From assembly GCA_043826135.1 (NCBI GenBank), contig JBDRQT010000059.1:31359-95358 (forward strand): 64,000 bases of DNA, given 5' to 3'. A model generated the notes under the pieces. The model had not been told where the DNA came from. It did no database searches and saw only the letters and a program-made list of their open reading frames with translations. Below, one piece after another: positions 32,499-42,050 of this stretch. The translations under genes and the position numbers were made by a program. This stretch comes from an archaeon. GTDB lineage: Archaea; Nanobdellota; Nanobdellia; Woesearchaeales; GW2011-AR15. Positions within the stretch are counted from its first letter, which is position 1. Each line of letters starts with the position of its first letter.

Positions 32499-33790
32499 CA
32501 ATGCTCATCAAAAAAGGACAAGTATTTCTTGGCGGCAAATTTATCAAAGCTGATATCCTTATTGATGGTTCAAAAATTGCTGCAATAGGAAATGACCTGG
32601 AAAAATCTGATAAGGTAATTGATGGAGCAGGCAAATTCATTGTTCCGGGCCTTATTGATATGCACGTCCATTTCAGAGATTTTGGGGAAGAGTATAAAGA
32701 AGACTGGAAGACTGGAAGCAGCGCAGCTGCTGCCGGAGGGATAACAACTGTTTTTGATATGCCGAATAACATCAAACCAATAGTCTCAGTAGAGCTGCTT
32801 AATTTGAAGAGAGAGCATGCAAGAAATAATTCTTTGGTCAACTTCGGACTTTATGCTGCTGTTACAGAAGATAACATAATACAGCTAAATAATTCAGCCA
32901 TAAAATATGTTAAACTTTACTATGGGAAAACAACCGGAGACATTGCAGTAGTTGGTGCAGAAAAAATATTCAGAGAACTTAGAAAAGACATTTTGATTGT
33001 GGTGCATGCTGAAGACAATAGTGTTATTGAAGAAAATAGGAGAATTTATACAGGTAGTGAAGAGAATTATCACACATTAATCAGAAGTAGTCTGGCTGAA
33101 TCAACTGCAGTTGGTGTAATGCTAACTCTTGCAAAAAAATATGGCAGAAACCTTCATATCACACACGTCAGTGCAAAAGATTCTGTGCAGATGATAATGG
33201 ATGCCAAAGAGTCCGGTCTGAAGATCACGTGTGATACCTGTCCGCATTATTTGTTTTTGGACGATACTTTTTATTCGGAGCTTGGAAATAAGATGAAGGT
33301 CAATCCTTCCATAAAGTCAAAAGCAGATAGAGATTTTCTCTGGTCAGCAATTGAGGATGGATCTATCGACTGCATATCAAGCGATCATGCTCCACATACA
33401 TTGGAAGAAAAATCAAAGCCATATAATCTTGCGCCTGCAGGAATACCCGGAGTTGAAACCACTGTCCCAATGATGTTAAATGCTGTGAATGAAAACAAAA
33501 TCAAGTTTGAAAGATTCATAGAAATAATGACCGCCGCGCCAGCTAAAATTCTAGGAATAAAAAATAAAGGAAAAATTGGGACCGGCTATGATGCCGATCT
33601 GACAATAATTGATATGAATATCGAAAAAACAATGAATGATGATCTGTTATATACGAAATGCAGATGGTCGCCTTATTCCGGTATGATGATAAAAGGTTGG
33701 CCGATAATGACTATAGTAAATGGCAATATTGTTTATGTGAATAACAAAACCTATTCAGATAAAAAAGGATGTGAGGTTGAAAATGGATGA
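32495..33790 (+). CDS. pyrC: dihydroorotase
   Basis: VPGLIDMHVHFRD, HAED, ISSDHAPH, DADLTIID amidohydrolase motifs. Confidence 0.9.
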   Translation: MTMLIKKGQVFLGGKFIKADILIDGSKIAAIGNDLEKSDKVIDGAGKFIVPGLIDMHVHFRDFGEEYKEDWKTGSSAAAAGGITTVFDMPNNIKPIVSVELLNLKREHARNNSLVNFGLYAAVTEDNIIQLNNSAIKYVKLYYGKTTGDIAVVGAEKIFRELRKDILIVVHAEDNSVIEENRRIYTGSEENYHTLIRSSLAESTAVGVMLTLAKKYGRNLHITHVSAKDSVQMIMDAKESGLKITCDTCPHYLFLDDTFYSELGNKMKVNPSIKSKADRDFLWSAIEDGSIDCISSDHAPHTLEEKSKPYNLAPAGIPGVETTVPMMLNAVNENKIKFERFIEIMTAAPAKILGIKNKGKIGTGYDADLTIIDMNIEKTMNDDLLYTKCRWSPYSGMMIKGWPIMTIVNGNIVYVNNKTYSDKKGCEVENG

Positions 33791-34499
33791 GTATAAAAAT
33801 GAACTATTGCAAATGTTAATCGATAAGGCTGCGCTAAAGATTGCCAGTAGCCCAAGTGATCTGTTCACTTTCAAGAGTGGAAGGAAATCAACGAATTTTA
33901 TCAACGCCGGAGCTCTTACTGACGGCGAGGCGCTTAGCAAACTGAAAAAAGGGTTTGCCCACCTGATAGCTGATTTACTGAAAACCAAAAAGATAGAAGA
34001 TTTTGATTTCATCTTCGGCCCTGCCTACAAAGGAATTAACCTTGCTTGCCTTGCCTGTGAAGGATTATTCGAAGAATATGGGATGAATAAAAGATATATC
34101 TATGACAGAAAGGAAGAGAAATCATATGGAGATGTGAGCGCAGACAAAGTAATTGTGGGAGGAAATTTCTTTAAGCCCGGCCAGAAAATTCTTATGATAG
34201 ATGATGTCATCACTACCGGCCTCACAAAATTTGAAGCGCTTGATAAACTAAAAATCCTTGGCAATCATAAGATTGTCGGGCTTGTTCTTCTTGCTGACAG
34301 GCAGGAAAAGATGGGAGATGCGATTAAAATTGATGAAATCAGCGCTGTCGAAAACATTGAAAGACAGTTTGGGATCAAGGTTTTCCCGATCCTCTCTATG
34401 AAAGATGTTTTCGGTCTTGTAAAAGATAAACTTTCGCCTGACATAAAGAAGCTCTGGATAGATTATTATGCCAAGTATGGCGCTGTCACACTAAAATGA
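33783..34499 (+). CDS. pyrE: orotate phosphoribosyltransferase
   Basis: FTFKSGRKSTNFIN and PRPP loop ILMIDDVITTGLTK; start set to ATG 33783, preceded by GAGGTTGA (the ORF track starts at GTG 33771). Confidence 0.88.
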   Translation: MDEYKNELLQMLIDKAALKIASSPSDLFTFKSGRKSTNFINAGALTDGEALSKLKKGFAHLIADLLKTKKIEDFDFIFGPAYKGINLACLACEGLFEEYGMNKRYIYDRKEEKSYGDVSADKVIVGGNFFKPGQKILMIDDVITTGLTKFEALDKLKILGNHKIVGLVLLADRQEKMGDAIKIDEISAVENIERQFGIKVFPILSMKDVFGLVKDKLSPDIKKLWIDYYAKYGAVTLK

Positions 34500-35071
34500 A
34501 ATACAAGATTGGGGTATTTGGATCTGCTGTAGGCTCAACAAAAAGTGTTGAAAAATTGGCTTCTGAACTGGGAAAGGAAATTGCTATTAATGACTGCGAG
34601 CTGCTTACTGGGGGATGCGGAGGGCTGCCACAAATTGCTGCAAAAAGTGCTTACAGAATGGGAGGAAAAACAATTGGATATTCTCCAGCACATAATCTTA
34701 AGGAACACACTGAAGTGCATGATTTTCCAACAGAAGGATATAGTGAATTTGTGTTTGTACCAGAAGAAACACCTAATAGTAATAATAAGTTTTTCAGTCG
34801 AAAATACAGAAACGTAATAAGCTGCTTTGATTGTGACGCAGGAATTATTGTCGGTGGAAGAATAGGAACACTTAATGAGTTTACTAATCTCTATGATATG
34901 GAAAAGATAATTGGTGTACTCCAATCAAGCAATGGAATCACGGATTTAATTCCCTTAATTGTAAAAACCTCCAATAAAAAAACAGGTGCAATTATTGTTT
35001 ATGATAAGTATCCTAAACTTCTTGTAAATAAATTATTAAAAAAACTGGGTGAAAAAAATGAATTATCTTGA
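34496..35071 (+). CDS. LOG/TIGR00725-family Rossmann protein (lysine-decarboxylase-like; putative nucleotide 5'-monophosphate nucleosidase)
   Basis: 191 aa; IGVFGSA...ELGKEIAINDCELLTGGCGGLPQIAAKSA...VGGRIGTLNEF matches the LOG-superfamily layout (PGGxGTxxE-like GGRIGTLNE); ATGA overlap with pyrE. Confidence 0.65.
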   Translation: MKYKIGVFGSAVGSTKSVEKLASELGKEIAINDCELLTGGCGGLPQIAAKSAYRMGGKTIGYSPAHNLKEHTEVHDFPTEGYSEFVFVPEETPNSNNKFFSRKYRNVISCFDCDAGIIVGGRIGTLNEFTNLYDMEKIIGVLQSSNGITDLIPLIVKTSNKKTGAIIVYDKYPKLLVNKLLKKLGEKNELS

Positions 35072-35891
35072 TATGCTGAAAATAAAAGCAGAAGAATGTG
35101 GGAATATCTTATGCATGGGAATAGATCCGGTAATTGATAAAATACCTATCAAAGATGAACCTGGAAAAGCCATCCTGAAATTCTATCTTGATATTCTCGC
35201 AGCAATGCAATCCGAAGGAATAAAAATTCCAACCGTTAAGCCTAATATTGCATTTTTTGAGCAATATGGCCCAAAGGGTTTATCAGCACTGAAGGGGATC
35301 ATTGAAGAATACCAAAAAGCTGGCATTGATGTTATCTTGGATGCTAAAAGAGGAGATATTGGTAGCACCTCAAAAGCGTATGCGAAAGCAGTTTTTGATT
35401 ATTGGAATGCTGATGCTGTAACTTTGCATCCTTATCTTGGATATGACAGTATAAGCCCGTTCCTTGACTTTAAAGATAAGGGAAATTATGTGCTTGCAAG
35501 GACTTCAAATAAATCAGCTGTTGAAATTCAGGACCTGTTGGCAGGTGAAAAACCTGTCTATAGGATAGTGTCAGAGCTTATCCTGAAATGGCATTCTCCA
35601 GGGATTGGAGCTGTTATCGGAGCTACTTATCCAAAAGAACTTGCAGAACTCAGCGCACTTTTTGTCAAATCAGGAAAACAGGTTCCACTATTGATTCCTG
35701 GTGTCGGATCACAGGGAGGCTCAGCCAAAGAAGTTATGGATGTCCTCACAAAGACAAATAATCCCTTATGGCTACACAGGATCAATAGCTCATCAGGCAT
35801 AAGCTATGCATATCTTAAGGAAAATACAGATGATTATGCCGGAGCTGCTGTGAAGGAATTAAAAAAATTAATCAATACAATGAAAATATGA
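35058..35891 (+). CDS. pyrF: orotidine 5'-phosphate decarboxylase (type 2)
   Basis: LCMGIDP, VKPNIAFFE, ILDAKRGDIGSTS, LIPGVGSQGG; start set at ATG 35058, 5 nt after GGGTGA (alternatives are GTG 35049 and ATG 35073). Confidence 0.88.
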   Translation: MNYLDMLKIKAEECGNILCMGIDPVIDKIPIKDEPGKAILKFYLDILAAMQSEGIKIPTVKPNIAFFEQYGPKGLSALKGIIEEYQKAGIDVILDAKRGDIGSTSKAYAKAVFDYWNADAVTLHPYLGYDSISPFLDFKDKGNYVLARTSNKSAVEIQDLLAGEKPVYRIVSELILKWHSPGIGAVIGATYPKELAELSALFVKSGKQVPLLIPGVGSQGGSAKEVMDVLTKTNNPLWLHRINSSSGISYAYLKENTDDYAGAAVKELKKLINTMKI

Positions 35892-35978
35892 AATTTTTTG
35901 TCACTACTTGCAAGCAACATCAAATATTTATATTAGCTTAATTTATAGATGTAATAATTAAATAACGAGGTTATTTTA

Positions 35979-36626
35979 ATGGGAAAACTGAACAATGCAT
36001 TCGATCTAAAGATTCCGGCAGTAAGCATGCATGTAGAAAGACTCCGTGCACCTTCTACCGACATTGTGAATGCCAGAGATTCTGCAAGAGCATTGGGATT
36101 TATCCTGGCCTATGAAATGTTGCAGTATGCTCCGACACGAGAAAGCAGAATAATTACAAGAATGCAGGAAATTTCTGTGGCCGAAGTTCCGGCTGCTTTA
36201 CCTTATGTTGTACCTATCCTTAGAGCTGGAAAATATCTTGCTGAAGGAGCATTAGGATACTTAATTGGTGCACCAACTGGAGATATTGGAGCTGCTAGGA
36301 GTCACGGGCAGCTTGAAGACCTAACCGCTGATGTTCTTTATGTCGGACTTCCGAAGGATCTCAAAGGCGCCCAAGTACACATTTATGATATAATGCTTGC
36401 ATCAGGAGTCTCAATTGAAGGAGCACTAAATGTTGTCAAGGAAAGAAATCCAGGTCCAATCTCACTTGGTGTTGTCATTGCTACCAAGCCAGGAATAGAA
36501 AGAGTCCATAAACTGCATCCTGAAGTACCAATTTTTTATTGCGCACTGGATGACAGACTTAACGATATTGGATATATCCTGCCTGGACTAGGAGATGCAG
36601 GAAACATAGTATCTGGAACACTTTAA
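35979..36626 (+). CDS. upp: uracil phosphoribosyltransferase
   Basis: ILRAGKYLAEG, YDIMLASGVSIEGAL (PRPP loop), YILPGLGDAGN C-terminal signature. Confidence 0.85.
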   Translation: MGKLNNAFDLKIPAVSMHVERLRAPSTDIVNARDSARALGFILAYEMLQYAPTRESRIITRMQEISVAEVPAALPYVVPILRAGKYLAEGALGYLIGAPTGDIGAARSHGQLEDLTADVLYVGLPKDLKGAQVHIYDIMLASGVSIEGALNVVKERNPGPISLGVVIATKPGIERVHKLHPEVPIFYCALDDRLNDIGYILPGLGDAGNIVSGTL

Positions 36627-36667
36627 ATAGTAAATTATTTAAAACCCCAAATCATGTTTTATTCGGG

Positions 36668-37195
36668 GTGACTCAAATCAATCTAAAATCTGTAATTAGG
36701 GAAGTACCTGATTTTCCAAAAAAAGGGATTCTATTTTATGATATCACGACATTACTTCAGGATCCTGCTGCTTTCAAGCAATGCATTGAACAATTATACT
36801 CACTTGTAAAAGGCATGAAGATAGACAAAATTGCAGCAATTGAGAGTAGAGGATACATATTTGGTGCGCCTCTGGCACTTAAGCTTAATTGCGGGCTTGT
36901 TGTGATAAGGAAACCCGGTAAATTGCCATACAAAAAGTTATCTGAATCATATGATCTTGAATACGGCAGCAGTACAATAGAGATGCATGAAGACGCTATT
37001 AAAAAAGGAGAGAAAGTGCTTTTGATAGATGACCTCCTTGCAACAGGGGGTACAATGAAAGCTGCTATCAATCTTGTGGAGAAAGTCGGAGGGGTTGTCA
37101 CGAAAATACTTTTTGTGATCGAGCTCGATTTTTTGAATGGCATACAAAAATTGGAGGGATATGATGCAGAGAGCCTGCTTCATTACGACAAATGA
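36668..37195 (+). CDS. apt: adenine phosphoribosyltransferase
   Basis: IREVPDFPKKGILFYDITTLL, IESRGYIFGAPLA, VLLIDDLLATGGT; GTG start. Confidence 0.88.
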   Translation: MTQINLKSVIREVPDFPKKGILFYDITTLLQDPAAFKQCIEQLYSLVKGMKIDKIAAIESRGYIFGAPLALKLNCGLVVIRKPGKLPYKKLSESYDLEYGSSTIEMHEDAIKKGEKVLLIDDLLATGGTMKAAINLVEKVGGVVTKILFVIELDFLNGIQKLEGYDAESLLHYDK

Positions 37196-37983
37196 ATATC
37201 AATAATATCGAAATGCCTGAACTTGGCCTTGGAACATGGAGATTATCGGGGCAGAAATGCTTTGATGCAGTCAAGATTGCATTGAGGCTGGGCTACAAAC
37301 ATATCGATACTGCTGAGATGTATGGCAATCACAAAGAAGTCGGCAATGCCATATCAGGAACTAATCGAAAAAAGTTTTTTCTCACTTCAAAAGTAACTCC
37401 ACTGAATTTAAGCTATAATGGCGTCAAAAATTCATGCAAGAAAGCATTATCAGAACTTGGAACAGACTATCTTGATCTCTATCTTGTACACTGGCCTAAT
37501 CCATTGTTTTCAATCAAAGAGACTTTCAGAGCTATGGAAGAACTGAAGAAAGACGGGAAAATAAGAGCGTACGGAGTCAGCAATTTCACTATCAAGAATC
37601 TTGAGGATGCAAAAAAATACGGTGACTTTTTGACGAACCAGGTTGAATTTCATCCTTATCTCTACCAGAAAAAATTATTTAATTATTGCACTGAAAAGGG
37701 TATTGTTCTCACTGCCTATAGTCCCATTGCAAGAGGCGCTGTCTTCAAGGATGAAAAGATACTAGCCATCGGAAAAAAACACAAAAAAACTCCCGGCCAG
37801 ATAAGTTTAAGATGGCTGCTTGACAAAAAAATGATTGTCATTCCAAAGGCAAGTACTGAAGAACACATCAAGGAGAACATGGAAGTCTTCGACTTCAAAC
37901 TTACAAAAGATGACACAGACATACTTGACAATCTTCCTCAGAAAAGGATAGTTAATTTTGGGATTAGGAAGTGGGATGATTAG
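37192..37983 (+). CDS. aldo/keto reductase (2,5-diketo-D-gluconate-reductase-like)
   Basis: LGLGTWRL, GYKHIDTAEMYGN, LDLYLVHWP, NQVEFHPY, IPKASTEEHIKEN; ATGA overlap with apt. Confidence 0.85.
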   Translation: MNINNIEMPELGLGTWRLSGQKCFDAVKIALRLGYKHIDTAEMYGNHKEVGNAISGTNRKKFFLTSKVTPLNLSYNGVKNSCKKALSELGTDYLDLYLVHWPNPLFSIKETFRAMEELKKDGKIRAYGVSNFTIKNLEDAKKYGDFLTNQVEFHPYLYQKKLFNYCTEKGIVLTAYSPIARGAVFKDEKILAIGKKHKKTPGQISLRWLLDKKMIVIPKASTEEHIKENMEVFDFKLTKDDTDILDNLPQKRIVNFGIRKWDD

Positions 37984-38117
37984 CCAGCTGCATACTAGTT
38001 TTTATCTATTTTTTACTTTTTGAATTTTCATATCCTTTTCTCATATAGAAAAATCAAATTACCATCTTCCGCAACCTTTAAAATAATCGTGCAATTCTCG
38101 GTTCTCGGTGATTTAAC

Positions 38118-39728
38118 ATGAGCAAAGATATTCAACCTATATTCATATTGCCTGAAGGCACACAAAGAAGGCAGGGCAGGAACGCCCAAAGAAATAATAT
38201 ACTGGCTGCAAAGCTTGTTGCTGAGACTGTCAGGACAACCCTTGGCCCGAAAGGCATGGATAAGATGCTAGTTGATTCCATGGGAGAAGTGGTTGTGACC
38301 AATGATGGAGTAACAATCCTGAAAGAGATGCAGATAGAGCACCCTGCAGGAAAGATGATGGTGGAAGTTGCCAAGACCCAGGAAGATGAAGTGGGAGACG
38401 GGACAACAACTGCTGTAGTTCTGGCAGGAGAACTCCTTAAAAAAGCTGAAGAGCTGCTTGACATGGAAATACATCCAACTGTAATTGTCAGGGGATATAG
38501 GATGGCCGCTGAAAAATCACTTATTATCCTTAATGAAATGGCAAAACCAGTTACAGCTGCAGACACAGAATTACTTATCAAGATTGCTGAAACTGCTATG
38601 ACCGGAAAGGGCGCAGAGTCCAACAAAAAGAAACTGGCAGAAATCGCAGTAAAAGCAGTAATAAAAGTAATAGGAGAAGATAAAAAACTGGATTCTGAAG
38701 ATATTAAGATTGAGAAAAAACAGGGTGGCTGCACTGAAGACACTGAACTGATTGAAGGAATTGTCCTTGATAAGGAAAGAGTTCATTCCGGAATGCCACA
38801 GTCAGTAAAAAATGCAAAGATTGCACTTATTGATTCATCTCTAGAAATAAAGAACACTGAAACAGATGCAAAAATACAGATTACTGATCCTAACCAGATG
38901 CAGGCATTCCTGGATATGGAAGAAAAGATGCTGAGGCAGATGGTCGGAAAGATTACAGCAACAAAAACAACTGCAGTCTTTTGCCAGAAAGGAGTAGATG
39001 ACATGGCTCAACATTTCCTGGCAAAAGCAGGCGTATATACAGTAAGAAGGGTGAAGAAAAGTGACATGGAAAAACTGGCAAAAGCTACAGGAGCAAGGAT
39101 CGTAACTAATCTTGATGATTTGACCGAAAAGGATCTTGGTCATGCAGGCCTTATTGAAGACCAAAAAGTTGGAGATGAACATATGACCTTTGTCAGGGAA
39201 TGCAAATTTGCAAAAGCGGTGACAATCCTCGCACGCGGCTCAACTGAACATGTTGTTGATGAAGTAGAAAGAGCCATAATTGATTCAATCGGTGATCTGA
39301 TGGCGTCACTCAAGGTCGGAAAGATTGTAGCGGGGGCAGGAAGCACAGAAACAGAGCTTGCAAAAAGGCTTATGTCTTACTCTGATACTTTTTCAGGAAG
39401 GGAACAGCTTGCTGTAAGAGCCTTTGCTGAGTCAATGCTTGTCATTCCGAGGACTTTGGCAGAAAATGCTGGGCTAGATCCGATTGACACACTAACTGAA
39501 CTAAAAGCTGCACATGAAAAAAATCAGGTTTGGGCAGGCATAGATGTATTTACAGGCCAAGTCATGGATGCGTGGGAAACTGGTGTTATTGAGCCACTCA
39601 AGATAAAGACCCAGGCAATCTCTTCAGCAGTTGAAGTTGCGACGCTTATCCTGAGGATTGATGATGTGATCGCGGCAGGAAAGCATGATAATCCGATGCC
39701 TCCTATGAACCCTGATGAAGGTATGTAA
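38118..39728 (+). CDS. ths: thermosome subunit (group II chaperonin)
   Basis: [49 protein letters not shown] motifs; GGTGAT SD 6 nt upstream. Confidence 0.95.
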   Translation: MSKDIQPIFILPEGTQRRQGRNAQRNNILAAKLVAETVRTTLGPKGMDKMLVDSMGEVVVTNDGVTILKEMQIEHPAGKMMVEVAKTQEDEVGDGTTTAVVLAGELLKKAEELLDMEIHPTVIVRGYRMAAEKSLIILNEMAKPVTAADTELLIKIAETAMTGKGAESNKKKLAEIAVKAVIKVIGEDKKLDSEDIKIEKKQGGCTEDTELIEGIVLDKERVHSGMPQSVKNAKIALIDSSLEIKNTETDAKIQITDPNQMQAFLDMEEKMLRQMVGKITATKTTAVFCQKGVDDMAQHFLAKAGVYTVRRVKKSDMEKLAKATGARIVTNLDDLTEKDLGHAGLIEDQKVGDEHMTFVRECKFAKAVTILARGSTEHVVDEVERAIIDSIGDLMASLKVGKIVAGAGSTETELAKRLMSYSDTFSGREQLAVRAFAESMLVIPRTLAENAGLDPIDTLTELKAAHEKNQVWAGIDVFTGQVMDAWETGVIEPLKIKTQAISSAVEVATLILRIDDVIAAGKHDNPMPPMNPDEGM

Positions 39729-39756
39729 GAAATAAGTTTAAAATTTAAGAAATAAT

Positions 39757-40143
39757 TTATTTTTTCAAGCAATCACATGGGCTAAATCCCTTGTTGAATG
39801 CCTTGCCTTTTGTCGCGAATATCACTTTGTTCTTAGGTTTGATGTTCTTGGCAAATGGGCAATGTTCATCGTGGACTTTAAGTGAAGTCTTTGCTCCAAC
39901 ATAGCTTTTCTTGACAGCTGTTCTCTTAACAACAACTCTGTGCTCTACAGTTTTTTGAACTGGCTTGCTTGCTGCTTCTTCCAATTTTCTGATCCTAAGG
40001 AGAAGTGCCTTCTCATTGTTGCTCAGAGTATTTATTGATTCTTGCTGAACATTTAAAAATCCTCTTAGCTCAAACACATCTCTCTTGACTTTCAAAAAAG
40101 CCAGCCTTACTCTCTTGTGAAATGTTAATACATTACCTTCCAT
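39757..40143 (-). CDS. coiled-coil protein with C-terminal Ada-type zinc-binding-like domain
   Basis: 128 aa; C-terminus HDEHCPFAKNIKPKNKVIFATKGKAFNKGFSPCDC fits the Ada N-terminal metal-binding pattern (C-P...N-x-V-x-F...A...G-F/Y-x-P-C-x-x-C). Confidence 0.5.
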   Translation of the reverse strand: MEGNVLTFHKRVRLAFLKVKRDVFELRGFLNVQQESINTLSNNEKALLLRIRKLEEAASKPVQKTVEHRVVVKRTAVKKSYVGAKTSLKVHDEHCPFAKNIKPKNKVIFATKGKAFNKGFSPCDCLKK

Positions 40144-40218
40144 TCGTTATCACCAAATAGTGCTAAAAAGAACTAATATTTAAATGTTGTGTATTTTTAC
40201 TACTCTCAAGTAAATATA

Positions 40219-40410
40219 TTACCAAGTCAAGACCGCAACAGCAATCAAAATGATACCTAAAACAAGGAGTGCGACTGCAATTATCTGTTTGGTTGACAAT
40301 TTTTTTGCCAGCATCCCTGGGTCTGCAGCTGGCTTCATGTTACCTGGGTAAGGATTCTGTCCCTGGATAGGGTTTTGATTTGGGTTTGTGGACATCATAG
40401 ATTGTGGCAT
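40219..40410 (-). CDS. small tail-anchored membrane protein with P/N/Q-rich N-terminus
   Basis: 63 aa; single C-terminal TM helix (IIAVALLVLGIILIAVAVL). Confidence 0.4.
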   Translation of the reverse strand: MPQSMMSTNPNQNPIQGQNPYPGNMKPAADPGMLAKKLSTKQIIAVALLVLGIILIAVAVLTW

Positions 40411-40451
40411 ATAAGTAATGATGCACGACTTGTATAAAAGGTTGTCGAAAA

Positions 40452-41102
40452 TTAGAGTTTAGCCAAAATCATTCTCTGAAGAGTTAAACCTTTTATTTCA
40501 TATTCTTCCAAGTGATACCCACCCTCAAGCAGCATTTTTCTATATATCTGCGTTCTATGATTCATGTCTGCATCAGCAATATATGGAATAATTGCCAAAT
40601 CTGTTCGTTTGTGGACTGCAAATCTCACCACATTACATTCAAAGGAGCTTTCCTTATCTTCGCTCAATAGCTGGTCTGCAATAAGCAAATTTGTTAATGA
40701 GTTACGAGGATTCCATTCATGCTTCCATTCGTAAAAATGATGATGCTGATAAAACGACCTTTGTCCAATTATTTTTGATAATTCTAAACCATAGAGCAGA
40801 AATACTTGTCTGACATCGAATGCGTGAACATCAAAATTAGGGAGTTTTGTCAGAAACAAAGAGGGCAATCCAAATCCGCAGCCAATCTCCCAACTTGATA
40901 CATTTGACCCCGTATATTGCGTATCAATAATTTCAGCAATTTGCAGACCTTTTTGCACATACATTGCTGCATACCTTAAAGCCAGTTCCGCAACTTGTTC
41001 ATCGCTAAGGCTAATATCCTTTGCTATAACTCCATTTGTAAACATTCCACTACTGAAAACAAGATCCGTAATTTCAGTAAAGACACAACTCTCAACCTGC
41101 AT
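40452..41102 (-). CDS. class I SAM-dependent methyltransferase
   Basis: 216 aa; motif I EIGCGFGLPSLFL followed by the acidic loop VHAFDV. Confidence 0.55.
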   Translation of the reverse strand: MQVESCVFTEITDLVFSSGMFTNGVIAKDISLSDEQVAELALRYAAMYVQKGLQIAEIIDTQYTGSNVSSWEIGCGFGLPSLFLTKLPNFDVHAFDVRQVFLLYGLELSKIIGQRSFYQHHHFYEWKHEWNPRNSLTNLLIADQLLSEDKESSFECNVVRFAVHKRTDLAIIPYIADADMNHRTQIYRKMLLEGGYHLEEYEIKGLTLQRMILAKL

Positions 41103-41167
41103 AATGGTTGGAATTCATTATTTATTGATAAATATATCAACTATTGTCCTCTTTTTTAGTAAGAAAG

Positions 41168-41176
41168 ATTTAAAAG
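41168..41176 (+). promoter_or_regulatory. TATA-box-like element for tRNA-Tyr
   Basis: ATTTAAAAG centred about 29 nt upstream of tRNA position 1. Confidence 0.4.
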
Positions 41177-41200
41177 CAATACGTTTTTCCCTTGGTGTAT

Positions 41201-41328
41201 CCCCCCTTAGCTTAGTGGCTATAGCGTTCCGCTGTAGAGAAATCGATTGGTGACTATGCCTTCTGGCAGTGGATGAAACCAATTCAGTGGTTACGGAAAG
41301 GACCCCGGTTCGAGTCTGGGAGGGGGGA
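41201..41328 (+). tRNA. tRNA-Tyr (GUA) with 55-nt intron
   Basis: Hand-folded cloverleaf: acceptor CCCCCCT/AGGGGGG (C1:G72, the archaeal/eukaryal Tyr identity pair); D arm GCTT-AGTGGCTA-TAGC; anticodon stem TTCCG/CGGAA; loop CT-GTA-G[intron]A; variable loop AGGAC; T arm CCCGG-TTCGAGT-CTGGG; discriminator A; no encoded CCA; mature length 73 nt. Confidence 0.85.
41238..41292 (+). other. tRNA intron at canonical 37/38 position
   Basis: 55 nt between G37 and A38; contains internal helix ATTGGT/ACCAAT; I could not draw a clean strict bulge-helix-bulge by hand. Confidence 0.7.
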
Positions 41329-41429
41329 TATTTTTTTATGAGCAGATTATTGGAAAATTGGCAATTTCAGCGTAACATTTAAATATACGGTCAACCATAT
41401 ATTATATTGACTTATTCTGGAGCAAAAAA

Positions 41430-41567
41430 ATGAACTATTTCAACCAGCCAGAATTCTTGGAGCCGAAATGTGCGCATTGCGGCGTTTTACTAGATTATGG
41501 AGTAAACACTGTATATAATGAGGAAGCAAGCTCCCATGTCTGCAGCGCATGCGGCCACAAAATATAA
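41430..41567 (+). CDS. 45-aa zinc-ribbon micro-protein
   Basis: Below the ORF-track cutoff. MNYFNQPEFLEPKCAHCGVLLDYGVNTVYNEEASSHVCSACGHKI has two CxxC pairs. Confidence 0.4.
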   Translation: MNYFNQPEFLEPKCAHCGVLLDYGVNTVYNEEASSHVCSACGHKI

Positions 41568-41633
41568 ATTACATAGTTTGCAGAACATCAATTGTATCAT
41601 CGTTAATTTATCGAAAAAAATTTAAACTAAGCC

Positions 41634-41900
41634 TTGCACAATATTATTATGGTTTCAAATCTAAAAAAACACGAAATAATCGGGCTGCTTATGATATTTC
41701 TGTCAGGAACCCTAATTGGTTTTGGATTATACCTTACTTTTTGGGGAGCTAACCGGCCGCTCTTTTTTGGCAGGCTCGATCAGCTCATCAGCGGTAGGGA
41801 ATTCCTGCTTTTCCCTATGTTCTATGGACTCGGACTAGTCTTGTTTGAGCTTGGTAAGATTGAACTGAAGGAAGCGATGCCCGGAAAAAACCGAAAATGA
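41634..41900 (+). CDS. small membrane protein
   Basis: 88 aa with about 2-3 hydrophobic helices. Confidence 0.4.
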   Translation: MHNIIMVSNLKKHEIIGLLMIFLSGTLIGFGLYLTFWGANRPLFFGRLDQLISGREFLLFPMFYGLGLVLFELGKIELKEAMPGKNRK

Positions 41901-42049
41901 AAAAAGAGTCTTTAAAGGTTAAAGAAAAGAACCTAGATAAGGAAATTGAAAATATGGAAAGTATAGAGTACGGGCTAAAAGAGCTTGTACACGGTATAAT
42001 AATTGGTATGGTCCTGGGGTTCGCCCTTGCTTGGTTTCTTCTGCATTAG
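41897..42049 (+). CDS. 50-aa tail-anchored micro-protein
   Basis: MKKESLKVKEKNLDKEIENMESIEYGLKELVHGIIIGMVLGFALAWFLLH; ATGA overlap with the preceding ORF. Confidence 0.35.
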   Translation: MKKESLKVKEKNLDKEIENMESIEYGLKELVHGIIIGMVLGFALAWFLLH

Positions 42050-42050
42050 A

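Noticed and set aside
38132-38743. 203-aa minus-strand ORF inside the thermosome gene (plus several others from 38268 to 39772)
   Set aside because: The S/T/A/F-rich low-complexity translation is antisense to a highly conserved chaperonin gene. This is a typical shadow ORF.
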